Assembly: GCF_009914755.1 (NCBI RefSeq)
Contig: NC_060928.1
Source of the DNA: the human T2T-CHM13v2.0 reference genome, Homo sapiens
Length of the DNA stretch: 64,000 nucleotides
Direction: 5' to 3' (one strand)
Part shown: in pieces, positions 1-12,200 of the stretch
Numbering within the stretch: position 1 is the stretch's first letter
Layout: every line of letters begins with the position of its first letter
Position numbers and translations under genes: made by a program
Notes under the pieces: model-generated
Told to the model about the DNA's origin: nothing
Database searches by the model: none
What the model saw: the letters and a program-made list of their open reading frames with translations, nothing else

Positions 1-139
1 ATCTAGACAGAAGCATTCTCAGAAACTTCTTTGTGCTGTATGTCCTCAATTAACAGAGTTGAACCATTGCTTGGATACAGCATTTTGGAAACATTCCTTG
101 AGTAGAATCTGCAAGTTGATATTTAGATAGATTTGAAGA

Positions 140-156
140 TTTCGTTGGAAAAGGGA
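140..156 (+). other. Degenerate CENP-B box, M1 (intact only in copies 17-19)
   Basis: TTTCGTTGGAAAAGGGA: the essential CGGG of NTTCGNNNNANNCGGGN is AGGG. Confidence 0.9.
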
Positions 157-310
157 ATATCTCCATATAAAATCTAGAGGGAAGCATTCTCAGAAACTGC
201 TTTGTGATGTTTCCATTCAAGTCACAGAGTTGAATATTCCCTTTTATAGAGCACGTTTGAAACACTCTTTCTGCACTATCTGGAAGTGGATATTTCGAGC
301 GCTTTGAGGC

Positions 311-327
311 CTATGGTGAAAAAGGAA
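311..327 (+). other. pJalpha (A-type) box, M2; exact matches also at 1160-1176 (M7), 1841-1857 (M11), 3031-3047 (M18); diverged versions near 649 (M4), 1498 (M9), 2353 (M14), 2689 (M16)
   Basis: CTATGGTGAAAAAGGAA is the reverse complement of the pJalpha motif TTCCTTTTYCACCRTAG and sits at the position homologous to the CENP-B box. Confidence 0.85.
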
Positions 328-481
328 ATATCTTCCCATAAAAACTAGACAGAAGCATTCTCAGAAACTTGTTTGTGATGTGTGTATTCAACTAACAGAG
401 TTGAACTTTTGTTTTTACAGAGCCGTTTTAAAACACTCTTTTTGTGGAATCAGAAAGTGGATATTCGGATGGCTCTGAGGA

Positions 482-498
482 TTTCGTTGGAAGCGGGA
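482..498 (+). other. Intact CENP-B box, M3 (repeated in each HOR)
   Basis: TTTCGTTGGAAGCGGGA matches YTTCGTTGGAARCGGGA. Confidence 0.95.
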
Positions 499-819
499 TT
501 ACATATAAAATCTAGAGAGAAGCATTCTCAGGAACTTCTTTGTGATGTTTGCATTGAAGTCACAGAATTGAACATTCACTTTGATAGAGCAGGTTTGAAA
601 CACTCATTCTGTAGTATCTGGAAGTGGACATTTCAAGCGCTTTCAGGCCTATGGTGAGAAAGGAAATATCTTCGAATAAAAACTAGACAGAAGCATCCTC
701 AGAAACTTATTTGTGATGTGTGTCCTCAACTAACAGAGTTGAAACTTTGTTTTGATACAGCATTTTGGAAACACTCTTTTTGTAGAATCTGCAGTTGGAT
801 ATTTGGATAGCTTAGAGGG

Positions 820-836
820 ATTCGTTGGAAAGGGGA
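820..836 (+). other. Degenerate CENP-B box, M5
   Basis: ATTCGTTGGAAAGGGGA: CGGG replaced by GGGG. Confidence 0.9.
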
Positions 837-989
837 TATCTTCATATAAAATCTAGACAGAAGCATTCTCAGAAACTTATTTGTGATGTGTGTCCTCAAC
901 TAACAGAGTTGAACCTTGGTTTTGATACAGCATTTTGGAAACACTCCTTTTGTAGAATCTGCAGGTGGATATGTGGATAGCTTTGAAGA

Positions 990-1006
990 TTTCGTTGGAA
1001 ACGGGA
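990..1006 (+). other. Intact CENP-B box, M6
   Basis: TTTCGTTGGAAACGGGA. Confidence 0.95.
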
Positions 1007-1330
1007 ATTTCTTCATATAAAATCAAACAGAAGCATTCTCAGAAACTTCTCAGTGATGTTTGCATTCAGCTCATGGAGTTGAACACTTCCTTTCATAGAG
1101 CCGGTTTGAAACACTCTTTCTGCACTACCTGGAAGAGGACATTTCGAGCGCTTTGAGTCCTATGGTGAAAAAGGAAATATCTTCTCATAGAAACCAGAAA
1201 GAAGCATTCTCAGAAACTTCTTTGTGTTGTGTGTACTCATGTAACAGTGTTGAACCATCCTTTTGACAGAGCAGTTTTGAAACACTCTTTTTGTAGAATC
1301 TGCAAGTGGATATTTGGATAGCTTTGAGGA

Positions 1331-1347
1331 TTTCGTTGGAAACGGGA
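1331..1347 (+). other. Intact CENP-B box, M8
   Basis: TTTCGTTGGAAACGGGA. Confidence 0.95.
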
Positions 1348-1668
1348 TGACATATAGTATCTAGAGAGAAGCATTCTCAGGAACTTCTTTGTGATGTTTG
1401 CATTCAAGTCACAGAATTGAACATTCCCTTTCATAGAGCAGGTTTGAAACACTCTTTCTCTAGTATCTGGAAGTGGGCATTTCAAGCGCTTTCAGGCCTA
1501 TGGAGAGAAAGGAAATACCTTCAAATAAAAACTAGACAGAAGCATTCTCAGAAACTTATTTGTGATGTGTGTCCTCAACTAACAGAGTTGAACCTTTGTT
1601 TTGATACAGCATTTTGGAAACACTCCTTTTGTAGAATCTGCAGGTGGATATTTGGATAGCTTTGAAGA

Positions 1669-1685
1669 TTTCGTTGGAAACCGGA
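1669..1685 (+). other. Degenerate CENP-B box, M10
   Basis: TTTCGTTGGAAACCGGA: CGGG replaced by CCGG, creating an MspI/HpaII site at 1681-1684. Confidence 0.9.
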
Positions 1686-2011
1686 ATATCTTCATATAAA
1701 ATCAAGACAGAAGCATTCTCGGAAACATCTCTGTGATGTTTGCATTCAACTCAGTAGAGTTGAACACTTCCTTTCATAGAGCAGGTTTGAAACACTCTTT
1801 CTGCACTACCTGGAAGCGGACATTTCGAGCGCTTTGAGGCCTATGGTGAAAAAGGAAATATCTTCTCATAAAAACCAGAAAGAAGCATTCTCAGAAACTT
1901 CTTTGTGTTGTGTGTACTCAAGTAACAGTGTTGAACCTTCCTTTTGACACAGCAGTTTTGAAACACTCTTTTGGTAGAATCTGCAAGTGGATATTTGGAT
2001 AGCTTTGAGGA

Positions 2012-2028
2012 TTTCGTTGGAAACGGGT
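2012..2028 (+). other. CENP-B box, M12 (essential core intact, last base T)
   Basis: TTTCGTTGGAAACGGGT satisfies NTTCGNNNNANNCGGGN. Confidence 0.85.
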
Positions 2029-2181
2029 TATCTTCATATAAAATCCAGACAGGAGCATTCTCAGAAACTTCTTTGTGCTGTATGTCCTCAATTCACAGAG
2101 CTGAACCTTTGTTTGGATACAGCATTTTGGAAACATTCCTTTAGTAGAATCTGCAAGTTGATATTTAGATAGCTTTGAAGA

Positions 2182-2198
2182 TTTCGTTGGAAACGGGA
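2182..2198 (+). other. Intact CENP-B box, M13
   Basis: TTTCGTTGGAAACGGGA. Confidence 0.95.
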
Positions 2199-2521
2199 AT
2201 ATCTTCATAGAAAATCTAGACGGAAGCATTCTCAGAAACTGCTTTGTGATGTTTGCATTCAAGTCACAGAGTTGAATATTCCCTTTTATAGAGTAGGTTT
2301 GAAACACTCTTTCGGCACTACCTGGAAGTGGATATTTCGAGCTCTTTGAGGCCTATGGTTAAAAGGAAATATCTTCCCATAAAAACTAGACAGAAGCCGT
2401 CTCAGAAACTTGTTTGTGATGTGTGTATTCAACTAACAGAGTTGAACATTTCTGTTACAGAGCAATTTTAAAACACTCGTTTTGTGGAATCTGAAAGTGG
2501 ATAATTGGATAGCTTTGTGGA

Positions 2522-2538
2522 TTTCGTTGGAAACGGGA
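2522..2538 (+). other. Intact CENP-B box, M15
   Basis: TTTCGTTGGAAACGGGA. Confidence 0.95.
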
Positions 2539-2859
2539 TGACGTATAAAATCTAGAGAGAAGCATTCTCAGGAACTTCTTTCTGATGTTTGCATTCAAGT
2601 CACAGAATTGAACATTCCTTTTCATAGTGCAGGTTTGAAACACTCTTTCTGTAGTATCTGGAAGTGGACATTTCAAGCGCTTTCAGGCCTACGGGGAGAA
2701 AGGAAATATCTTCAAATAAAAACTAGACAGAAGGATTCTCAGAAACTTATTTGTGATGTGTGTCCTAAACGAACACAGTTGAACCTTTGTTTTGATACAG
2801 CATTTTGGAAACACTCCTTTTGTAGGATCTGCAGGTGGATATTTGGATAGATTTTAAGA

Positions 2860-2876
2860 TTTCGTTGGAAACGGGA
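2860..2876 (+). other. Intact CENP-B box, M17
   Basis: TTTCGTTGGAAACGGGA. Confidence 0.95.
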
Positions 2877-3201
2877 GTTTCTTCATAGAAACTCAAGACA
2901 GATGCATTCTCAGAAACATCTCTGTGATGTTTGCATTCCACTCATAGAGTTGAAAACTTCCTTTCATAGAGCAGGTTTGAAACACTCTTTTTGTAATATT
3001 TGGAAGTGGACATTTGCAGCGCTTTGAGGCCTATGGTGAAAAAGGAAATATCTTCTCATAAAAACCAGAAACAAGCATTCTCAGAAACTTCTTTTTGATG
3101 TGTGTACTCAAGTAACAGAGTTGAACCTTCCTTTTGACACAGCAGTTTTGAAACAATCTTTTTGTAGAATCTGCAAGTGGATATTTGGATAGCTTTGAGG
3201 A

Positions 3202-3218
3202 TTTCGTTGGAAACGGGA
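3202..3218 (+). other. Intact CENP-B box, M19
   Basis: TTTCGTTGGAAACGGGA. Confidence 0.95.
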
Positions 3219-6200
3219 TATCTTCATATAAAATCTAGACAGAAGCATTCTCAGAAACTTCTTTGTGCTGTATGTCCTCAATTAACAGAGTTGAACCATT
3301 GCTTGGATACAGCATTTTGGAAACATTCCTTGAGTAGAATCTGCAAGTTGATATTTAGATAGATTTGAAGATTTCGTTGGAAAAGGGAATATCTCCATAT
3401 AAAATCTAGAGGGAAGCATTCTCAGAAACTGCTTTGTGATGTTTCCATTCAAGTCACAGAGTTGAATATTCCCTTTTATAGAGCACGTTTGAAACACTCT
3501 TTCTGCACTATCTGGAAGTGGACATTTCGAGCGCTTTGAGGCCTATGGTGAAAAAGGAAATATCTTCCCATAAAAACTAGACAGAAGCATTCTCAGAAAC
3601 TTGTTTGTGATGTGTGTATTCAACTAACAGAGTTGAACTTTTGTTTTTACAGAGCCGTTTTAAAACACTCTTTTTGTGGAATCAGAAAGTGGATATTCGG
3701 ATGGCTCTGAGGATTTCGTTGGAAGCGGGATTACATATAAAATCTAGAGAGAAGCATTCTCAGGAACTTCTTTGTGATGTTTGCATTGAAGTCACAGAAT
3801 TGAACATTCACTTTGATAGAGCAGGTTTGAAACACTCATTCTGTAGTATCTGGAAGTGGACATTTCAAGCGCTTTCAGGCCTATGGTGAGAAAGGAAATA
3901 TCTTCGAATAAAAACTAGACAGAAGCATCCTCAGAAACTTATTTGTGATGTGTGTCCTCAACTAACAGAGTTGAAACTTTGTTTTGATACAGCATTTTGG
4001 AAACACGCTTTTTGTAGAATCTGCAGGTGGATATTTGGATAGCTTAGAGGGATTCGTTGGAAAGGGGATATCTTCATATAAAATCTAGACAGAAGCATTC
4101 TCAGAAACTTATTTGTGATGTGTGTCCTCAACTAACAGAGTTGAACCTTGGTTTTGATACAGCATTTTGGAAACACTGCTTTTGTAGAATCTGCAGGTGG
4201 ATATGTGGATAGCTTTGAAGATTTCGTTGGAAACGGGAATTTCTTCATATAAAATCAAACAGAAGCATTCTCAGAAACTTCTCAGTGATGTTTGCATTCA
4301 GCTCATGGAGTTGAACACTTCCTTTCATAGAGCCGGTTTGAAACACTCTTTCTGCACTACCTGGAAGAGGACATTTCGAGCGCTTTGAGTCCTATGGTGA
4401 AAAAGGAAATATCTTCTCATAGAAACCAGAAAGAAGCATTCTCAGAAACTTCTTTGTGTTGTGTGTACTCATGTAACAGTGTTGAACCATCCTTTTGACA
4501 GAGCAGTTTTGAAACACTCTTTTTGTAGAATCTGCAAGTGGATATTTGGATAGCTTTGAGGATTTCGTTGGAAACGGGATGACATATAGTATCTAGAGAG
4601 AAGCATTCTCAGGAACTTCTTTGTGATGTTTGCATTCAAGTCACAGAATTGAACATTCCCTTTCATAGAGCAGGTTTGAAACACTCTTTCTCTAGTATCT
4701 GGAAGTGGGCATTTCAAGCGCTTTCAGGCCTATGGAGAGAAAGGAAATACCTTCAAATAAAAACTAGACAGAAGCATTCTGAGAAACTTATTTGTGATGT
4801 GTGTCCTCAACTAACAGAGTTGAACCTTTGTTTTGATACAGCATTTTGGAAACACTCCTTTGGTAGAATCTGCAGGTGGATATTTGGATAGCTTTGAAGA
4901 TTTCGTTGGAAACCGGAATATCTTCATATAAAATCAAGACAGAAGCATTCTCGGAAACATCTCTGTGATGTTTGCATTCAACTCAGTAGAGTTGAACACT
5001 TCCTTTCATAGAGCAGGTTTGAAACACTCTTTCTGCACTACCTGGAAGCGGACATTTCGAGCGCTTTGAGGCCTATGGTGAAAAAGGAAATATCTTCTCA
5101 TAAAAACCAGAAAGAAGCATTCTCAGAAACTTCTTTGTGTTGTGTGTACTCAAGTAACAGTGTTGAACCTTCCTTTTGACAGAGCAGTTTTGAAACACTC
5201 TTTTGGTAGAATCTGCAAGTGGATATTTGGATAGCTTTGAGGATTTCGTTGGAAACGGGTTATCTTCATATAAAATCCAGACAGGAGCATTCTCAGAAAC
5301 TTCTTTGTGCTGTATGTCCTCAATTCACAGAGCTGAACCTTTGTTTGGATACAGCATTTTGGAAACATTCCTTTAGTAGAATCTGCAAGTTGATATTTAG
5401 ATAGCTTTGAAGATTTCGTTGGAAACGGGAATATCTTCATAGAAAATCTAGACGGAAGCATTCTCAGAAACTGCTTTGTGATGTTTGCATTCAAGTCACA
5501 GAGTTGAATATTCCCTTTTATAGAGTAGGTTTGAAACACTCTTTCGGCACTACCTGGAAGTGGATATTTCGAGCTCTTTGAGGCCTATGGTTAAAAGGAA
5601 ATATCTTCCCATAAAAACTAGACAGAAGCCGTCTCAGAAACTTGTTTGTGATGTGTGTATTCAACTAACAGAGTTGAACATTTCTGTTACAGAGCAATTT
5701 TAAAACACTCTTTTTGTGGAATCTGAAAGTGGATAATTGGATAGCTTTGTGGATTTCGTTGGAAACGGGATGACGTATAAAATCTAGAGAGAAGCATTCT
5801 CAGGAACTTCTTTCTGATGTTTGCATTCAAGTCACAGAATTGAACATTCCTTTTCATAGTGCAGGTTTGAAACACTCTTTCTGTAGTATCTGGAAGTGGA
5901 CATTTCAAGCGCTTTCAGGCCTACGGGGAGAAAGGAAATATCTTCAAATAAAAACTAGACAGAAGGATTCTCAGAAACTTATTTGTGATGTGTGTCCTAA
6001 ACGAACACAGTTGAACCTTTGTTTTGATACAGCATTTTGGAAACACTCCTTTTGTAGGATCTGCAGGTGGATATTTGGATAGATTTTAAGATTTCGTTGG
6101 AAACGGGAGTTTCTTCATAGAAACTCAAGACAGATGCATTCTCAGAAACATCTCTGTGATGTTTGCATTCCACTCATAGAGTTGAAAACTTCCTTTCATA

Positions 6201-9200
6201 GAGCAGGTTTGAAACACTCTTTTTGTAATATTTGGAAGTGGACATTTGCAGCGCTTTGAGGCCTATGGTGAAAAAGGAAATATCTTCTCATAAAAACCAG
6301 AAACAAGCATTCTCAGAAACTTCTTTTTGATGTGTGTACTCAAGTAACAGAGTTGAACCTTCCTTTTGACACAGCAGTTTTGAAACAATCTTTTTGTAGA
6401 ATCTGCAAGTGGATATTTGGATAGCTTTGAGGATTTCGTTGGAAACGGGATATCTTCATATAAAATCTAGACAGAAGCATTCTCAGAAACTTCTTTGTGC
6501 TGTATGTCCTCAATTAACAGAGTTGAACCATTGCTTGGATACAGCATTTTGGAAACATTCCTTGAGTAGAATCTGCAAGTTGATATTTAGATAGATTTGA
6601 AGATTTCGTTGGAAAAGGGAATATCTCCATATAAAATCTAGAGGGAAGCATTCTCAGAAACTGCTTTGTGATGTTTCCATTCAAGTCACAGAGTTGAATA
6701 TTCCCTTTTATAGAGCACGTTTGAAACACTCTTTCTGCACTATCTGGAAGTGGACATTTCGAGCGCTTTGAGGCCTATGGTGAAAAAGGAAATATCTTCC
6801 CATAAAAACTAGACAGAAGCATTCTCAGAAACTTGTTTGTGATGTGTGTATTCAACTAACAGAGTTGAACTTTTGTTTTTACAGAGCCGTTTTAAAACAC
6901 TCTTTTTGTGGAATCAGAAAGTGGATATTCGGATGGCTCTGAGGATTTCGTTGGAAGCGGGATTACATATAAAATCTAGAGAGAAGCATTCTCAGGAACT
7001 TCTTTGTGATGTTTGCATTGAAGTCACAGAATTGAACATTCACTTTGATAGAGCAGGTTTGAAACACTCATTCTGTAGTATCTGGAAGTGGACATTTCAA
7101 GCGCTTTCAGGCCTATGGTGAGAAAGGAAATATCTTCGAATAAAAACTAGACAGAAGCATCCTCAGAAACTTATTTGTGATGTGTGTCCTCAACTAACAG
7201 AGTTGAAACTTTGTTTTGATACAGCATTTTGGAAACACTCTTTTTGTAGAATCTGCAGGTGGATATTTGGATAGCTTAGAGGGATTCGTTGGAAAGGGGA
7301 TATCTTCATATAAAATCTAGACAGAAGCATTCTCAGAAACTTATTTGTGATGTGTGTCCTCAACTAACAGAGTTGAACCTTGGTTTTGATACAGCATTTT
7401 GGAAACACTCCTTTTGTAGAATCTGCAGGTGGATATGTGGATAGCTTTGAAGATTTCGTTGGAAACGGGAATTTCTTCATATAAAATCAAACAGAAGCAT
7501 TCTCAGAAACATCTCAGTGATGTTTGCATTCAGCTCATGGAATTGAACACTTCCTTTCATAGAGCCGGTTTGAAACACTCTTTCTGCACTACCTGGAAGA
7601 GGACATTTCGAGCGCTTTGAGTCCTATGGTGAAAAAGGAAATATCTTCTCATAGAAACCAGAAAGAAGCATTCTCAGAAACTTCTTTGTGTTGTGTGTAC
7701 TCATGTAACAGTGTTGAACCATCCTTTTGACAGAGCAGTTTTGAAACACTCTTTTTGTAGAATCTGCAAGTGGATATTTGGATAGCTTTGAGGATTTCGT
7801 TGGAAACGGGATGACATATAGTATCTAGAGAGAAGCATTCTCAGGAACTTCTTTGTGATGTTTGCATTCAAGTCACAGAATTGAACATTCCCTTTCATAG
7901 AGCAGGTTTGAAACACTCTTTCTCTAGTATCTGGAAGTGGGCATTTCAAGCGCTTTCAGGCCTATGGAGAGAAAGGAAATACCTTCAAATAAAAACTAGA
8001 CAGAAGCATTCTCAGAAACTTATTTGTGATGTGTGTCCTCAACTAACAGAGTTGAACCTTTGTTTTGATACAGCATTTTGGAAACACTCCTTTGGTAGAA
8101 TCTGCAGGTGGATATTTGGATAGCTTTGAAGATTTCGTTGGAAACCGGAATATCTTCATATAAAATCAAGACAGAAGCATTCTCGGAAACATCTCTGTGA
8201 TGTTTGCATTCAACTCAGTAGAGTTGAACACTTCCTTTCATAGAGCAGGTTTGAAACACTCTTTCTGCACTACCTGGAAGCGGACATTTCGAGCGCTTTG
8301 AGGCCTATGGTGAAAAAGGAAATATCTTCTCATAAAAACCAGAAAGAAGCATTCTCAGAAACTTCTTTGTGTTGTGTGTACTCAAGTAACAGTGTTGAAC
8401 CTTCCTTTTGACAGAGCAGTTTTGAAACACTCTTTTGGTAGAATCTGCAAGTGGATATTTGGATAGCTTTGAGGATTTCGTTGGAAACGGGTTATCTTCA
8501 TATAAAATCCAGACAGGAGCATTCTCAGAAACTTCTTTGTGCTGTATGTCCTCAATTCACAGAGCTGAACCTTTGTTTGGATACAGCATTTTGGAAACAT
8601 TCCTTTAGTAGAATCTGCAAGTTGATATTTAGATAGCTTTGAAGATTTCGTTGGAAACGGGAATATCTTCATAGAAAATCTAGACGGAAGCATTCTCAGA
8701 AACTGCTTTGTGATGTTTGCATTCAAGTCACAGAGTTGAATATTCCCTTTTATAGAGTAGGTTTGAAACACTCTTTCGGCACTACCTGGAAGTGGATATT
8801 TCGAGCTCTTTGAGGCCTATGGTTAAAAGGAAATATCTTCCCATAAAAACTAGACAGAAGCCGTCTCAGAAACTTGTTTGTGATGTGTGTATTCAACTAA
8901 CAGAGTTGAACATTTCTGTTACAGAGCAATTTTAAAACACTCTTTTTGTGGAATCTGAAAGTGGATAATTGGATAGCTTTGTGGATTTCGTCGGAAACGG
9001 GATGACGTATAAAATCTAGAGAGAAGCATTCTCAGGAACTTCTTTCTGATGTTTGCATTCAAGTCACAGAATTGAACATTCCTTTTCATAGTGCAGGTTT
9101 GAAACACTCTTTCTGTAGTATCTGGAAGTGGACATTTCAAGCGCTTTCAGGCCTACGGGGAGAAAGGAAATATCTTCAAATAAAAACTAGACAGAAGGAT

Positions 9201-12200
9201 TCTCAGAAACTTATTTGTGATGTGTGTCCTAAACGAACACAGTTGAACCTTTGTTTTGATACAGCATTTTGGAAACACTCCTTTTGTAGGATCTGCAGGT
9301 GGATATTTGGATAGATTTTAAGATTTCGTTGGAAACGGGAGTTTCTTCATAGAAACTCAAGACAGATGCATTCTCAGAAACATCTCTGTGATGTTTGCAT
9401 TCCACCCATAGTGTTGAAAACTTCCTTTCATAGAGCAGGTTTGAAACACTCTTTTTGTAATATTTGGAAGTGGACATTTGCAGCGCTTTGAGGCCTATGG
9501 TGAAAAAGGAAATATCTTCTCATAAAAACCAGAAACAAGCATTCTCAGAAACTTCTTTTTGATGTGTGTACTCAAGTAACAGAGTTGAACCTTCCTTTTG
9601 ACACAGCAGTTTTGAAACAATCTTTTTGTAGAATCTGCAAGTGGATATTTGGATAGCTTTGAGGATTTCGTTGGAAACGGGATATCTTCATATAAAATCT
9701 AGACAGAAGCATTCTCAGAAACTTCTTTGTGCTGTATGTCCTCAATTAACAGAGTTGAACCATTGCTTGGATACAGCATTTTGGAAACATTCCTTGAGTA
9801 GAATCTGCAAGTTGATATTTAGATAGATTTGAAGATTTCGTTGGAAAAGGGAATATCTCCATATAAAATCTAGAGGGAAGCATTCTCAGAAACTGCTTTG
9901 TGATGTTTCCATTCAAGTCACAGAGTTGAATATTCCCTTTTATAGAGCACGTTTGAAACACTCTTTCTGCACTATCTGGAAGTGGACATTTCGAGCGCTT
10001 TGAGGCCTATGGTGAAAAAGGAAATATCTTCCCATAAAAACTAGACAGAAGCATTCTCAGAAACTTGTTTGTGATGTGTGTATTCAACTAACAGAGTTGA
10101 ACTTTTGTTTTTACAGAGCCGTTTTAAAACACTCTTTTTGTGGAATCAGAAAGTGGATATTCGGATGGCTCTGAGGATTTTGTTGGAAGCGGGATTACAT
10201 ATAAAATCTAGAGAGAAGCATTCTCAGGAACTTCTTTGTGATGTTTGCATTGAAGTCACAGAATTGAACATTCACTTTGATAGAGCAGGTTTGAAACACT
10301 CATTCTGTAGTATCTGGAAGTGGACATTTCAAGCGCTTTCAGGCCTATGGTGAGAAAGGAAATATCTTCGAATAAAAACTAGACAGAAGCATCCTCAGAA
10401 ACTTATTTGTGATGTGTGTCCTCAACTAACAGAGTTGAAACTTTGTTTTGATACAGCATTTTGGAAACACTCTTTTTGTAGAATCTGCAGGTGGATATTT
10501 GGATAGCTTAGAGGGATTCGTTGGAAAGGGGATATCTTCATATAAAATCTAGACAGAAGCATTCTCAGAAACTTATTTGTGATGTGTGTCCTCAACTAAC
10601 AGAGTTGAACCTTGGTTTTGATACAGCATTTTGGAAACACTCCTTTTGTAGAATCTGCAGGTGGATATGTGGATAGCTCTGAAGATTTCGTTGGAAACGG
10701 GAATTTCTTCATATAAAATCAAACAGAAGCATTCTCAGAAACTTCTCAGTGATGTTTGCATTCAGCTCATGGAGTTGAACACTTCCTTTCATAGAGCCGG
10801 TTTGAAACACTCTTTCTGCACTACCTGGAAGAGGACATTTCAAGCGCTTTGAGTCCTATGGTGAAAAAGGAAATATCTTCTCATAGAAACCAGAAAGAAG
10901 CATTCTCAGAAACTTCTTTGTGTTGTGTGTACTCATGTAACAGTGTTGAACCATCCTTTTGACAGAGCAGTTTTGAAACACTCTTTTTGTAGAATCTGCA
11001 AGTGGATATTTGGATAGCTTTGAGGATTTCGTTGGAAACGGGATGACATATAATATCTAGAGAGAAGCATTCTCAGGAACTTCTTTGTGATGTTTGCATT
11101 CAAGTCACAGAATTGAACATTCCCTTTCATAGAGCAGGTTTGAAACACTCTTTCTCTAGTATCTGGAAGTGGGCATTTCAAGCGCTTTCAGGCCTATGGA
11201 GAGAAAGGAAATACCTTCAAATAAAAACTAGACAGAAGCATTCTCAGAAACTTATTTGTGATGTGTGTCCTCAACTAACAGAGTTGAACCTTTGTTTTGA
11301 TACAGCATTTTGGAAACACTCCTTTTGTAGAATCTGCAGGTGGATATTTGGATAGCTTTGAAGATTTCGTTGGAAACCGGAATATCTTCATATAAAATCA
11401 AGACAGAAGCATTCTCGGAAACATCTCTGTGATGTTTGCATTCAACTCAGTAGAGTTGAACACTTCCTTTCATAGAGCAGGTTTGAAACACTCTTTCTGC
11501 ACTACCTGGAAGCGGACATTTCGAGCGCTTTGAGGCCTATGGTGAAAAAGGAAATATCTTCTCATAAAAACCAGAAAGAAGCATTCTCAGAAACTTCTTT
11601 GTGTTGTGTGTACTCAAGTAACAGTGTTGAACCTTCCTTTTGACACAGCAGTTTTGAAACACTCTTTTGGTAGAATCTGCAAGTGGATATTTGGATAGCT
11701 TTGAGGATTTCGTTGGAAACGGGTTATCTTCATATAAAATGCAGACAGGAGCATTCTCAGAAACTTCTTTGTGCTGTATGTCCTCAATTCACAGAGCTGA
11801 ACCTTTGTTTGGATACAGCATTTTGGAGACATTCCTTTAGTAGAATCTGCAAGTTGATATTTAGATAGCTTTGAAGATTTCGTTGGAAACGGGAATATCT
11901 TCATAGAAAATCTAGACGGAAGCATTCTCAGAAACTGCTTTGTGATGTTTGCATTCAAGTCACAGAGTTGAATATTCCCTTTTATAGAGTAGGTTTGAAA
12001 CACTCTTTCGGCACTACCTGGAAGTGGATATTTCGAGCTCTTTGAGGCCTATGGTTAAAAGGAAATATCTTCCCATAAAAACTAGACAGAAGCCGTCTCA
12101 GAAACTTGTTTGTGATGTGTGTATTCAACTAACAGAGTTGAACATTTCTGTTACAGAGCAATTTTAAAACACTCTTTTTGTGGAATCTGAAAGTGGATAA

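Larger units (their letters stand above)
14..3245 (+). repeat. One complete HOR unit of 19 monomers; type order B A B A B B A B A B A B B A B A B A B
   Basis: Monomer starts (CATTCT-equivalent): 14, 185, 356, 523, 694, 864, 1034, 1205, 1372, 1543, 1714, 1886, 2056, 2227, 2397, 2563, 2734, 2905, 3076; next unit at 3246. Lengths are 166-172 bp. Type is assigned by a CENP-B-like or pJalpha-like sequence at the box position. Confidence 0.95.

Noticed and set aside
9229-9477. ORFs present in only one copy (also 48277-48561 and 63377-63577)
   Set aside because: They are explained by single substitutions or a 1-bp deletion that remove a stop or shift the frame; they are not insertions.
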